Shown here: positions 12,607 through 27,100 of the stretch, one piece after another
Layout: each line of letters starts with the position of its first letter
How positions within the stretch are numbered: the first letter of the stretch is position 1
Origin: Azolla caroliniana
Lineage: Eukaryota; Plantae; Polypodiophyta
Length of the DNA stretch: 64,000 bases
Reading direction: 5' to 3'
NCBI GenBank assembly: GCA_043228905.1
Contig: JBHGNT010000013.1
Location: forward strand, 248,001 to 312,000
Made by a program: the position numbers and the translations under genes
The notes under the pieces: model-generated
Database searches by the model: none
The model's input: only the letters and a program-made list of their open reading frames with translations
What the model was told of the DNA's origin: nothing

Positions 12607-15600
12607 TGTTAGGAGACAGGCCCCTCCGGATGGGAAGTGAGAAGACCAGTGTTGATGAGCAACTCTAGATATGGAGTACCCGGCAACGGTGGACCTGGTG
12701 AGAACCGGATGACGAGTACCCGGCTACGGAAGACCTGGTGAGAATCAGATGACGAGTACCTGGCAACGGAAGACCCGGTGAGAACCGGATGACGAGTACC
12801 TGGCAACGGAAGACCCAGTGAGAACTGGATGACGAGTACCCGGCAAGAGCCGGATGGTGAAGGCCTGGTGAGAAGTGCTCACCGGATGAAGGGACATATT
12901 CGTAAATATGTTTTCTGAGATTCCATCGGGGCTATATTTGTAAATAGCTGAAAAGTCATATTAGTATAAATATGACTTAGGGCAAACTTAGTATGTGCTG
13001 CTGTTTTTTTTTTCGTCATCCTTTTTGGCGTAAGATTAGAGCGCAACAGTGTACAGAGAGAGAGAGAGAGAGAAAGAGACGAAGAGTTCGTATCTCTGTT
13101 GTAACCGCCGCCTGTGGCGAAGACAGTGAACAAGAGGTCGTTGCCTCTGTATTCATCTATTGTATATTGTTACATAGTGATAGTTAGCAGTCAGTGGACT
13201 GCCGTGGTTTTTCCCGTGTCTGGGTTTTCCATGTAAACATCCTGTGTACTCTTCTCTCCATTGTGTCGTGCATTCATTCCCGTTTTTTGTGTTTTGATTC
13301 TAAGCTTGGTTGTGGCCGAGCATTGTTCATTGGGAGTGTGTAGTTCTTGACAAAGTGGTATTAGAGAGAAACGGCACAGAAAATGGACGAATCGTTGGGC
13401 GGCATGTTCAAGCTCACCGGCTCCAACTATTCAGTGTGGAAGTCGAAGATGAGGGACATGCTCGTGGTTAAAGATCTTTGGTTGCCGGTTCAATTCGGGG
13501 ACAAGAGACCAAACAAAATCAACGCCACGATATGGGAGGTGATGCACATGAAGACAACGACGTACATACAGTGCTTCATCGACATGAGTCTATACAACGA
13601 CTTCAATGAAGAAAGCAAGGCTCATGAGCTTTGGGAGAAGATCGACATTATGTTTCTGAACAAAAATGTTGTTAATTAGGTTTCGGTATTGCGGAAGCTA
13701 GTAAGACTCTGGTACTAAGATGGCTCCAGCATGGCGGAGCACATGAATGCCTTCCAGGGGCTGATCCACCAGGCAACATCATTGGAAGTGCCTCTCGCCG
13801 ATGAGGTACTAGCACTACTCCTGCTTGGTTCCCTCCCAGATAGCTGGGAGACGTTGGTTGTCACTTTGGGCAACGTCGGGCTGGAAGGGAAACGGTTATC
13901 CCTAGCAAGAGTGAAGTCGAGCTTGCTAGATAAGGAGGCGCGTCGGAAAGATAAGGACACGAGCTCCAACTCCAAAGCGCTCCTCACCGAATCGGAACGC
14001 GAAAGACAAAGGAACCGTAGTCCCCAGAACTGGGAGAAGTCGGGGACACGGTCAAAGTCAAGGGGGAGGCCTACCTGCTTCTATTGCGGCAAGCCTGGAC
14101 ACTTCCAGAAAAATTTTCGGCACTTCCGAAAGGACAAGGAAACCGACGAGACCGATTCGAAACAAACACCGGACCGAAACGGTAAAGACTGGAGGGGGCC
14201 GGACCGGAAGGGAACGACGGCAATCGTGGCAAGTGAAGAAGAGTTGATGCTCATCACCAAGGAGATTGAGTTAAACCTTGCCGGTGACGAGATGACCTGG
14301 GTGGTCGACTCCGGAGCGTCGTTCCACCTTACCCCGAACCGGAAATACTTCTCATCCTACTTAGCGGGTGATCACGGCTGTGTCCGGATGGGGAATGAAG
14401 GTACATGCCGAATTGTTGGCATAGGAGACGTGTGGTTGACAACACCAACTGGATGCAAGCTGCTGCTGAAGGATGTCCGACACGTTCTGGAGGTTCGTCT
14501 GAACCGAATATCAGCCGGTTGGCAAAATGATGAAGGCTACACGGGTAGCATCCGGAACGGTGTTATGAAGTTCAGCAAAGGGAGCTTGATTGTGGCTCGG
14601 GCCTGGAAGGTAAACACGTTGTACCTGATGAATGCCTGGTTATGCCCGAAAGAAGTGAACATAGCATCCGACACTACCGGTGAGCTGTGGCACAAGAGGT
14701 TGTGTCAAATGAGCGAGAAGGGGATGAAGAGGCTTGCAGACGACAACCTCATTCCAGTAAAGAACGTGCACTGACTGTCTGACCGGTAAACAAAACCAGA
14801 CCTCCTTCCGATCGAGGCCACCGATGAGATGTAATGCACCACTGGAGTTGGTGCATACTGATGTATGTCAAGTGGACACAAAGTCAAATGCTGGATCGCA
14901 GTACTTCGTGAAGTTGATAGATGACCACAGCCTGAAGCTGTGGGCCACACCGTTGAAGACGAAGGATCAGGTGTTATCTGTCTTCAAAGAGCTCCACGCG
15001 AGAGTGGAAAGAGAAACCGGCCGGAAGCTGAAGGCGGTTCGAGCAGATAACAGAGGTGAATACCGGGGGCAGTTTGAGGAGTACTGTCGCTCGAAGGGAA
15101 TCCAGCTCAAATTTACCATGCCAAAGACTCCGGAACTAAACGGGCTGGCCAAGAGGATGAACCGGACCATAATGGAGAGGGTCCGGAGTATGTTGGCGCA
15201 TGCAAAACTACCCAAGAAGTTTTGGGCTGAGGCACTGTCGACGGCGACATATGTGATAAACAGATCACCCTTAGTACCCTTGGACGGAGACACGCCACAG
15301 AGAGTCTAGACCGGTAAGGAAGTGTCCTACCGGCATCTGAAGGTATTCAGGTGTCTTGCGTATGTGCATGTAGCTAAGGACCGGAGAGGAAAACTAGATC
15401 CGAAGACCCGGCCATGCATATTCCTCGATTACGATGATGATGAGTTCGACTACTGAGTGTTGGACCTGGTAGACAAGAAGGTATTCCGGAGTCGAGGTAT
15501 TATCTTCATGGAGGACAAGACGCTCGATGATTGGGAGTCGGAGAAGAAGATAATGAACCTCGAGTCGACCGGTAAGGATCGATTCTACGATGAGCAGACC

Positions 15601-18361
15601 CAACCGGCAAGAGACCGGTTAGCACTCGAGGAACCAACCAGTTACGGTGAGGATACCGAACCGGCAAAACAAGAAGTAGAGGAAGCTGAAACCGGAACCG
15701 GCCAAGACCCCGAATCGGATATGGATGAAGAGCAAATGGAGGAGCCGGTTACCGAAGCCCGAAGACGGAGATATCCTCTCAGAGAGAGAAGGGCCCCCTA
15801 GAGATTTCCAGATGTAGAGCATGTGCTACTAATCGATGAGGGGGAGCCAGAAAGCTTCGAAGAAGCGAAGGATGACACCCACAGCCGCAAATGGCTAAGT
15901 GCCATGTAGGATGAGATGGATTCCCTGCATGAGAACCATACGTACGAATTGGTGGAGTTGCCGAAAGGAAAGCGGGCACTCCGAAACAAGTGGGTGTACA
16001 AGTTGAAACCGGGAGATGCTGGCAACCCTCGGAGATACAAAACCAGGATCGTGGTGAAGGGGTTCCAGCAGAAGAAGGGTGTGAACTTCGACGAGATATT
16101 TGCCCCAGTAGTAAAGATGACCTCCACCCGAACGGTGCTGAGTATAGTGGCAAGCATGGACCTCGAGGTAGAGCAGCTGGACGTGAAGACGACATTCCTT
16201 CACGGTGACCTCGAAGAGGAGATCTACATGCAGCAATCGAAAGGATTCGTGGAGTAAGGGAAGGAGCACCTGGTTTGTCGGTTGAAGAAGAGCCTGTATG
16301 GACTGAAGCAGGCTCCCCGACAATGGTACCGGAAGTTAGACTCCTTCATGACCGATCAAGGGTACCACAAGATACCATATGCCTGCGTGTTTGTGAAGAA
16401 GTTTGAAGGAGGTGACTTCCTGATACTCCTTCTGTATGTGGACGACATGTTGATCGTCGGACGGAATCAAGCCAGAATACGGATGCTGAAGAAGGCTCTC
16501 CACCGAACATTCGCGATGAAAGACTTGGGTCCGGCAAGACAGATGCTGGGGATGCATATCATCCGGAACTGGCCAACGAAGCAATTGTGGCTGTCAGAGG
16601 AGAAGTACGTGACAAAGGTGCTTCGGCGGTTCAACATGTTTGAAGCGAAACCGATCGGACCGACACTCCTGGCAAACTGCAGATTATCTAGTAAGCAAAG
16701 CCTGAAGACGAAAGCAGAGAAGGCTGATATGATGAAGGTTCCATATGCCTCTGCCGTCGGGAGCTTAATGTACGCAGTGGTGTGTACCCGACCGGATATA
16801 GGATACGCAGTCGTAGTGGTGAGCCGGTTTATGAGCAATCCCGGTAAGGAGCACTGGAATGTGGTCAAATGGATACTGCGGTACTTGAAGGGCACTTCAA
16901 ATATGTGTCTCCGATTTGGCTCCGGAGAACCTCAACTTTACGGTTTTACCAATTCGGACATGTCGGCTGATGTGGATACCAACCGGTTTACATCCGGGTA
17001 TGTGATGACATATGCAGGGGGAGCTATTTCGTGGCAGTCGAGGCTGCAGAAGACGGTTGCGTTGTCAACCACGCAAGCAGAGTACATGGCGGCAGTGGAA
17101 GCCAGCAAGGAAATATTATGGATGCAGGACTTCATCGGAGAGCTCGGTATCCAACAAGATGAATACCGGCTCTATTGTGACAGTCAAAGTGCCATCCACC
17201 TTGCTAAGAATGCGGCCTACCATTCCCGGACGAAGCATATCCAGCGAAGGTATCACTGGATCCGGGAAAGAGTAGATGACCAGGAGTTCGCGCTGCAGAA
17301 GATCCACACGGCCGAGAATGGGTCAGATATGCTGACCAAAGTACTGATACCCGACAAGCTGGATGCATGCCGGAAGCAGATCGGATTAGTAAGACATCCC
17401 ATGCCGGAATCAAGGGGGAGTTTGTTAGGAGACAGGTCCCTCCGGATGGGAAGTGAGAAGAACAGTGTTGTTGAGAAGAAGAAACGAAAAAGCAGAAAAT
17501 GTAGGAAGAAGAAGAAAACAAGAAAGAAGGAGAACGAAGAAGAGAAAATGAAAGCACACTGGAAGAAAACGAAAGGAAGAGGAAGAAGCAAGAACAAGAG
17601 GTAGAAAATGTTAGGAGACAGGTCCCTCCGGATGGGAAGTGAGAAGACCCGGTGAGTCATGGAAGACCCGGTGAGAACCGGATGACGAGTACTCGGCTAC
17701 GGAAGACCCGGTGAGAACTGGATGACGAGTACCTGGCAATGGAAGACCCGGTGAGAACCAGATGACGAGTACCCGGCTACGGAAGACCCGGTGAGAACCG
17801 GATGACGAGTACCTAGCAACGGAAGACCTAGTGAGAATCGGATGACGAGTACCCGGCAAGAGCCGGATGGTGAAGGCTCGGTGAGAAGTGCTCACCGGAT
17901 GAAGGGACATATTCGTAAATATGTTTTCTGAGATTCCATCGGGGCTATATTTGTAAATAGCTGAAAAGTCATATTAGTATAAATATGACTTAGGGCAAAC
18001 GTAGTATGTGCTGCTGTTTTTTTTTTCGTCATTCTTTTTGGCGTAAGATTAGAGCGCAATAGTGTACAGAGAGAGAGAGAGAAAGAAATGAAGATTTCAT
18101 ATCTCTGTTGTAACCGCCGCCTGTGGCGAAGACAGTGAACAAGAGGTCGTTGCCTCTGTATTCATCTATTGTATATTGTTACATAGTGATAGTTAGCAGT
18201 CAGTGGACTGCCGTGGTTTTTCCTGTGTTTGGGTTTTCCACGTAAACATCCCGTGTACTCTTCTCTCCATTGTGTCGTGCATTCATTCCCGTTTTTTGTG
18301 TTTTGATTCTAAGCTTGGTTGTGGCCGAGCATTGTTCATCGAGAGCGTGTAGTTCTTGACA
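12607..18361 (+). mobile_element. Full-length degenerate Ty1/copia element D (same family as A)
   Basis: 5' LTR 12607-13352, PBS TGGTATTAGAG 13356-13366, PPT ~17412-17420, rearranged 3' LTR 17423-18361. TSD GAAAA at 12602-12606 and 18362-18366. Confidence 0.93.
13383..17412 (+). pseudogene. Copia D gag-pol, degenerate
   Basis: CFYCGKPGH zinc knuckle, WVVDSGASFH protease, LELVHTDVC integrase and LYVDDML RT, with several premature stops. Confidence 0.92.
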
Positions 18362-18529
18362 GAAAATAAGAAGAAGACAGAGAAAGAAAATCAAAGCAAA
18401 AAGAAGAAGGAGAAGGGATCGTGAAAGAGAAAGACAGAAGAAAAGAGGAAAGCACAAACTGACAGAAGCAGGCAGAAAAGACCAACAAACATGAATAGAG
18501 AAGAAATGAGGAAAGAGAGGAAGACAACT

Positions 18530-19506
18530 CAGAAAAGAGAGGTAGTTTGGTTTATCTGTCCTTGGAAGGCGTTCATATGCTCTACCATGTTGGCGCCATC
18601 TTGATACCGAAGCCTCACTATCTTCTGAAGTACCAAGGCCCGATTTACGATGTTGTTGTTCTCCAACATCATGCCAATCTTCTCCCAGAGATCATTTTTC
18701 CTTGTTCTCTTCATTAAAGTTGTTGTGCAGGCTCATGTCGATGAAGCATCAAATGTAGTTGTCATTTTCATGTGCATCACCTCCCCGATGACGACATCGA
18801 TCTTGTCTTGTCTTTTGTAGCCGAATTGTACCAGCAACCAAAGATCTTTTACCACCAACATGTCCCTCATCTTCAACTTCCATATTGGGTAGTTGGAGCC
18901 GGTGAGCTTGAACATGCTGCCGAGCCGAATGGATCTTCCATGCTCTGATACTAGATTGTGTGGAAATAGTGCTCGTCCACAACTGACCCTTAAACAATGA
19001 ATGGAAGAAACCAACAAAAACAAGGATTGATGCAGTTACACAGAATGAGACAACACTAGATGTTAACGTGGAAAAACCCAAATCGGGAAAAAACCAAGGG
19101 AGCCCACAGACTCCAACTATCACTATGAGAGGAAGGATACAATGTGAGACTTAGATGCAACAACCTCAAGCTCTATGTCTTCATCAACTGGCGGTTACAA
19201 CAGAAAATACTTTTTGTTTCTATCTTGCTCTATCTCTCTGTCTCTCTGTGTACAACAACAACGCTCTCTTAAATAACAGATTAGCCTTAGTTATATTTAT
19301 AGCCATATAACTTTTTGGCTATTTACCAATGTGGCCTCAACAGCCCCTAAGAAATGAATTTACATATTTGTCTCTCTTCCGGATCCATCCAATCCGGTTT
19401 CCAAACGCCTCTGGATCCATCTGGTCCGGTTCCTTCCTTCGTCTCATTTGATGCGGCTCCTTCGGTTCTCATCCGGATCGCATCTAGAGGGACTGAATTC
19501 CAAACA
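18530..19506 (-). mobile_element. Truncated copia E: 5' LTR (18957-19506), PBS and the start of gag
   Basis: PBS GCTCTGATACTA at 18942-18953 and gag MFKLTGSNYPIWK. The LTR is homologous to 56780-57290 and 61550-61914. Confidence 0.85.
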
Positions 19507-20491
19507 AGTATCACCAAAACTAGCATGGAATTCAATGATAAAGGTATCAAAGTTATCTAGTATTCAAGACTTCTTCTCTAACAATGGTGCAAACCATGCT
19601 TGTGCGGTGTCGTGTGGTTCTTCACACCCGATATAAAAAATAATAAAATAATAATTTTATATTAGCTTCATGGCTTGGTATGGAAAGATGGACGTCTTCA
19701 AGAGCTTCTGAATGCATTTTACTACATATGAAATAGACAAATAAGTATCAAATTATGTGAGTATGAAGTTTGAGAATATGGGGGGAAACAAAACTGTAAG
19801 TTATCGCACATAGATAGGACAACATCGAATTCAGTAGTATATAAGGAGAACCAGAACCCATTACTTCATATCTGTGTGTTTGGAGCACAGAATGGTCAGG
19901 GAGATCTAGGCCGAACTGTCTAGACGCACGGATGCGGCCGAATTGCCTAGACAGATGAGTGTGGATGAATTGCTTGAAAAGATTTTGGAACGGTTCGGAA
20001 TGTTTGGAATTGGATGCACAGTTTGGTTGCGGGTCGGTCGCGACACATGGATCGTGGGGGTCGTGCAACTAAAGTAAACTTTATGTTGGACTCCGTAATT
20101 GAACGTGAAGTACATGCAACTAAAGTAAACTTTATGTCGGACTAAAGTAAAGGTCATGCAGATGAATGCAACTAAGCTGGAGATGCAAACTGGAGTTCTT
20201 TCATGCAAGTGTATCTTCAAGTGGTAACATGCAATGGAAGGGAGAAAACTCCCATACAAAAGGAAAAAGGAAAAGAAAAAGAGGGGATCCCAAAAAGAGG
20301 AGGGAAGGAGAGAGAGGGAGAGAGCAATTTTTTTTTCTAATAGCGGGGAAGGAAAAATTTATCACGGGAAAAACCCTAACCCTAATTTTTCCTTACCAAA
20401 GCCATATCTCTCGAAAAACCCTAATTTTCTGTAAAGAAATGGACTCGGAGGTGGTGTTATGCAGCAGAAGATGACTCTGTGTGTGTAACAA

Positions 20492-20535
<44 letters not shown>

Positions 20536-21204
20536 CTTAGATAAAGAAAAACTGTATATTACATCCAACTACTACTAAGTTACAAAAGGTTGGTTTAAGT
20601 ACCAACTAAGCCACGACAAGTGCCTTTCCAACTATTTACAAAACTAGCCTAGTATATCCATGAGCTAGTGTGAAACCTATCTCTAAGGGAAGTTGAGTTT
20701 GATTCTCAACACACCCCTTTGAACGCAACTTCTAGATGTCAAAAGGTTGTTTCAGTTTGGTCTACGAAATACTTCGATTCTGCTGAATTGGCTCTTTTCA
20801 AACTTCTTGTTCGGCTCGAGTGCTACCATCGTACTATCACGGACGTAGACAAGGGCAAGGACAAGTAGGCGAGCTCAATATTAAGAAAGAGAGAAAGATA
20901 GATATATAGATATATAGATAGAGAGGAGCATAGACAAGAGAACAAGAGAGAGAGAGGGTAGACAAAAGAGGGAGAACTAAATTATGCTTCCGTAACTGGT
21001 GTTGTTCATGTTGATTGTAATAAAGGTGCACCAAAGTATTTATACAAGAATGTGGTGCTATGCATGAAAGCTAGGAAACATCTAGAGAATGCATGGAAAC
21101 TTCTAGAGAGTGCATGTCTATGCATTCTCTAGAAGTTTCTTGAAAGTTCTAGTGATTAACTTACAATGTAATAAGTTGAAACTTATACAATACAATAATG
21201 CATA

Positions 21205-21279
21205 GATGGAATGTAGTTCAATTGGTAAGGTTGCCCAATAAGACCAAGAGGTCGTGGGTTCAACCCCCTACATTCCATC
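21205..21279 (+). promoter_or_regulatory. tRNA-like Pol III A/B-box module in the G1 LTR; a second copy is at 30382-30456
   Basis: TAG(T/C)TCAATTGG ... AGGTC(G/A)TGGGTTCAACCC, bounded by a 12-bp inverted repeat. Confidence 0.7.
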
Positions 21280-24101
21280 GTGTCTATGACATTATCCTCC
21301 CTCTAAGGTCGCCTCCTGGGACTCGCGGTTGGCTTATGTGGGCATCGTTGATGAAAATCGCGAATGGCCTTCGCAACATTTTGTAAATGTGTAACTGGTT
21401 CCCATGTGGCGTCCGAAATGGGGTAACCTTTCCATAAGACCAAATATCAGAGCTGTCAACGACGATATCGAGAGTCGAGGATTTGGTCAACCTCATATTC
21501 TTAGCCCGTCGACAATTCCACAGGTGGCGGTGGAGGAGGGTGTCGTCCTGGAATTCGAGAAGGATGGTAGAGTTCGACGAGGGAAACATGAAAAACATCA
21601 TGAATCCTGAATGTTGGAGGAAGTGCTAACCGGAAGGCGACTGGGTTGATCCGCTCGATGATACGAAAGGGGCCTAGTCTTTTGTAGTCCAATTTTGCAC
21701 AAGGACGTGTGGTGGCGATGTGACGACGTAACAACCAAGCCATGTCCCCGATTGCAAACATCGGTGCAGCTAAGTGATGTCGGTTCGCTTGATCTTTATA
21801 GTGGTCACTAGCAACACAGAGCTCCAAGGAGAGGTCACGATGGACATCATGTAAAGCACGGGCACGCGTCTCTACCGAAGGACTGACCGAAGTTGCAGGT
21901 ATGGAAATGCTGAAATGAGGGTGAAATCCATAGTTTGCAAAAAAGGGGGAAACCTTAGTCGAAGCATGGATACTATTATTGTAAGTAAATTCCACCATTG
22001 CAAGGAAGTCCACCCAATCCTCTTGTTGGTAGCTCACGGTACACCGAAGGTATTGTTCGATGATTTGGTTGACTCGCTCCGTTTGTCCATTAATTTGAGG
22101 ATGGTATGTTGAGGACAAGTTGACAGAAGTCCCGAATGTTTATAGAAGTCATCGCGAAAAGAGGGAAATGAATTGAGAACCTCGATTAGAGGTGATATCC
22201 TCAGATAAGTTGTGTAATCGAACAACATTTTTAAGAAAAAGATCAGTTGTCTCTTCCCCGGAAATGGTTTTGGAACTTGGAACAAAGTGAGCCATCTTTG
22301 AAAACCGATCGACAATGACTAGCACCGTGTCATGTCCACCAACCAGAGGGAGGTCGGTGATAAAGTCCATGGATAGAGAGACCCATGGTCGACGTGGAAT
22401 GGGGAGCGGGTGGAGAATAGCATATGGCCGATGGTGAGGTGTTTTGGACTGAGCACATACATCACATGTCTTGATAAATTCCTTGACAAATTTCCAAGGT
22501 TGGGGCCACCAAAACCCTCGAGATAGAAATTCCTGGGTTTTCGTAACCCCAAAGTGGCCGGCAAGAGGATCATCATGACAGTTTTGTAGAACCCGCCCGT
22601 GTACGACATGATCCTTCGGGAACGTACAAGAGATGATTACCATATAGTAACCCATCTCGGGGTTGTAAATTGGTTGAGATATGAGCTTTGCATATCCGAA
22701 GATGGGTCATTAATGCGGCCCATGATTTCTTTGGCGAATGGGTTTGACACGGTTGCCATGGTGATCTCGTTGAGCAAAGAATCATCATGTAACATGCAAG
22801 TGGCGAACATCTGAAGTTGATTGGGTCGCAACAAACAATGGGATTGTTGTGAATATGCATCATCTCCTGGGCGCAATGCAAAATCAGGTCGCCGAGAGAG
22901 GGCATCAACTTTTGCATGTTGAACTCCGAGTCGAAACAAGATCTCAAAGTTGTAGTCGGCGCGAAAAGATGACCATCGGGCTTGCTTCCGATTCAATGTA
23001 TGACTAATGGTGAAGTAAATTAGATTTTTGTGGTCGGTCGGCACCTCGATGCGATGTTGGGCCCCAGACAAATAGGGTCGCCATTCGGTGAAGGCAGATA
23101 TGATTGCTACCAGCTCCTTGTCGTAGACTGGATAATTGATTTCCGGGGCGGTAAACTTCCGAGAGTAGAAGGCAATAAGACGTAGTGTGCCCTCGTCTCG
23201 TTGTCTGGTTGGGATAGGACATCTCCAATGGCAAAGTCGGAGGCATCAATTTCGCCTTGGAAGGGCCTTCTGGGGTCGGGGTGGACAAACACTGGGGCTG
23301 TGAGAAAAGCTGCCTTGAGGGCATCAAAAGCACATTGCGCCGCAAAGGTCCAAAGAAATGGAGTATCTTTTCTTGTAAGGATGATTAGAGGTTGTACTAA
23401 AGACGAAAAACCATTGATAAATCATCGATAGAAATTTGCAAAACCAAGAAATGATTGTGCCTCTTTCAACCGAGTAGGGACAGGCCAATCGGTGATTGCC
23501 GCTACCTTGCGTGCATCCATTGTGATCCCGAAGGGTGAAATCACGTAGCCTAGGAATTTGACAGAGGTCCGATCGAATTCACATTTCTCACTTTTGGCGT
23601 AAAGTCCATGTTCCCGAAGTTTGGATAGGACCAATTGGACGTGTCGGGTGTGCTCCCCTATGTTGGAAGAAAAAATTAGAATGTCGTCAAGGTAGATCAC
23701 CACGAAGTGATCGAGATACTCTTGAAATATATTGTTCATCATGTGTTGAAAGACTGTAGGGGCATTGGTGAGACCAAAAGGCATCACCTTGTACTCGAAA
23801 TGTCCATAGCATGTTCGGAAGGCCGTTTTCCACTCGTCTCCTGGCTTGATACGCGCCAGATTGTAGGCTCCCCGAAGGTCGATTTTGGAGAAGATACGCC
23901 TAGTTCGAAGTCAGTCAAGAAGTGTTGGAATTAAAGGCAAGGGGTAACGATTATGTACCATAATTTTGTTGAGACCCCAATAATCCACACAGAGGCATAA
24001 TGAGCCGTCCTTCTTCTTGACATATAAGATTGGGGCTCCAGCCGGTGATTTGGACGGTTGAATGAAGCCCTTGGCAAGGTTTACATCTAGATATGTGCAA
24101 A

Positions 24102-27100
24102 TATTAGGATCGGTACTAAGATAGAGAAGGAATTAGTACTAAAAGATGAGGATTAGTACTAGGAGAGATGTAGAACTCTCGAGAGAAGGAATGAGTGAGC
24201 GAGATAGAGAGAGAGAAAGGGTGAGAGAGAATGATGATAAAAGATATATATTATGTGAAGAGAGTATACAATAGTAGCTAGGAGGCTTAAGACTGGCGTT
24301 GAACCGATTTGGTTCAAAATAATGCCTTGTGCCTCCTTTTATAGTGTTCTCAGTAGTACTCCTGAAGTTTCTAGAATGTTCCAAAGAAATCTGGAAAAAA
24401 CATCAATTTTCTATAATAAAACATAAATGAAAATAATATTTTATGTATTACAATGTATGGTCTAATGGTCAAGAGCTAGATCCATGTAGCATAAGGTCAT
24501 GGGTTTGAGTCTTGCCATATCATGACACTATCCCCCCCTTTAAAACGACAAGTGTCATGAGTCGTTTTGATTGAGGGCCCAGTTTGTCTGGATATTGATG
24601 ATGGAAGTCTTCAAGAAGAGCAGGAGCATTGGTCACATTCTCTATTGGTTCCCAAGTACGCTCATTGGGACTATATCCTAGCCAATCGACTAGATAGTAG
24701 AGCTTGTTGTGAACAATCTTGGAATCATGGATGGCGGTAACCTCGTACTTAGGTCCATCTTCAAGCTCGATCGGGGGTGGAGGCTGTGTAATACGTCCTG
24801 GGATGGTACTCTCTTGATAGGGTTCGAGGAGAGAACTATGAAACACCGGATGTATCCGAAGTTGCGGAGGTAGATCGAGATGAAAAACGACATCATTAAT
24901 CTTTCCCATAATACGGAAAGGACCTAATCACTGATAATCCAACTTCTCACATGGGCTAGTAGTCTTGATGTGTCGTTGTAGTAGCCATACCCGATCTCCA
25001 ATGTTAAAACTGGATGGAAGTAAATGACGATCCGCGTAGACCTTGTGTGTTTGTTGAGCTTGTTGGAGATGAGTAGATAAATTGTCTTGTATCTTGAGTA
25101 ACCGCTCTAAACAATCCTCTGCGCAAGGATTTGTGGACAACTCTGGGGTTTCAAATACACACCATCAGGGTTGACAACCCATATAAGCATAAAATAACGT
25201 AACTCTAGTCGATGCATGGACAGAGTTATTATAGGCAACTTCGGTGAAGTGGATATCTGCCCACTCGTCCTGATGATAGCTTAGAAAGCACTGAAGATAC
25301 TGCTCTAGCGTTTGATTTGTTCGTTCTGCTTGGCCATCGGTTTGTGGGTGGTAGCCGGAGGAGAAGTTACAAGTGACCTTGAGCATTTTAAAAAGGTGCT
25401 TCCAGAATTTCGATACGAGCTAGGGTCCACGGTCGCTAATGATACTATCAGGAAGGCCATGATGCCGACGTATTTCACGCATGACAATTTCAGCGGTTTC
25501 TTCACTGGAGATTTCCTTAGTACATGGCAAGAAATGAGCCATCTTCGTATATCGATCTACGACTGTTAGAATCGCATTGAACCCCTTACAGACTGGAAGA
25601 TCTGTGATGAAGTCTAGAGCAATGGATTGCCATGGCTTGCTTGGAATTGGTAATGGTTCTAATAAACCATATGGATGATGCCTTGGCCTTTTCGCTCTGC
25701 AGCATGTATCACAAGTCTGAACAAAATCTTCAACAAATTGTCACATACGGGGCCACCAAAATGATCGTTGTACTAAATCTAATGTTTTAGTACTACCAAA
25801 ATGCCCAGTTGTATATGTGTCATGATAGTTTTGGACTACTCGAAGGCGGGAAGAACCATTAGGAACATACAAGAGTTCATTAAAGAATAGTAATCCATCA
25901 TGGTATTTGAATTGCCGATAGTCCGTCCCTGGTGGTTGTGACTGTGAACAAGATGCTCGAGAGGGATCAATTTGTGCTAGAATGGCTTCGGCGAAAGCAT
26001 CGGTCTTCAAGTCCTCACGTATAGTATCGATAACGTGGGAATCCATGGGCATGCCAAAGACATGTGTTGCTTGCAGCCGTGTCGGTCCCAAGATTACTTG
26101 CTTTTTGTTATCAAAAGTTGGCTCACCGGGACGCGGTGCTAGATACGAACGCTGTGATAATGCATCTGCCTTCCCTTGGTGCTTCCCCAGAAGATATGTA
26201 ATTTTAAAGTCGAAATGCGTAAGGAAATGGGCCCACCGAGCTTGACGTCGATTTAACACACGAGCATCCTGAAAGTAGGCAAGTTTTTTGTGGTCACTGA
26301 ATACGGTAACTTGATGAGAGGATCCCTCTAGAAAAAGCATCCATTGCATAAAAGAGTCCACTATTGCCAATAGCTCCTTATCATGAATTTTGTAGTTGAT
26401 TTCGAAGGCGTCAAACTTGCGTGAGTGAAAAGCCACAGGATGTAGCTTCTCATCATTACCCCGTTGTGACAGAATGCTCCCCAATGCGAAATCCGATGCA
26501 TCTACTTCGATAATGAATGATTTTTCCGTATCGACAGGAGCTAGAATTGGAGCCGATGTAAATTCCTTTTTAAGACTCTCGAAAGACATGTCTGCTTCTT
26601 CAGACCAAACGAATTATTGTCCCTTCCTGGTAAGCTGTGTGAGAGGTAGAACGAGCTTTGAGTAATCCTGTATGAACTTCCAATAAAAATTGGCAAAGCG
26701 GATGAGATCCGTACGAGGTTATAGGCTCCCCGTAAGTTGATCTTCGTGAAGAACCTTGCACCATTGATCTATTCTAAAAGACTTGAGATAAGCGGATGGG
26801 AGGAAAGAGGAATAAGAGATTAGTATGAAGGGAGGGAGAAATCAGTTCAAACTGTCAGGATCAGTACTAAGATAGAGAAGGAATTAGTACTAAAAGATGA
26901 GGATTAGTACTAAGAGAGGTGTAGAACTCTCGAGAGAAGGAAAGAGTGAGTACGAGAAAGAGACATAGAGAGGGAGAAAGGGTGAGAGAATGATGATAAA
27001 AGATATATATTATGTGAAGAGAGTATTCAATAGTAGCTAGGAGGCTTAAGACTGGCATTGAACCGATTTGGTTTGAAATCATGCCTTGTGCCTCCTTTTA

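Noticed and set aside
12680-12850. CRISPR-like regularly spaced repeats
   Set aside because: There are no unique spacers and no cas genes. These are LTR tandem arrays.
16282-17604. Lys/Arg-rich C-terminal extension of the 440-aa RT/RNase H ORF
   Set aside because: The stop is TCA here but TGA in copia A, so the frame runs into the LTR and the duplicated flank.
21205-21279. Functional tRNA genes
   Set aside because: There is no valid anticodon arm and every copy sits inside an LTR. They are reported only as promoter-like modules.
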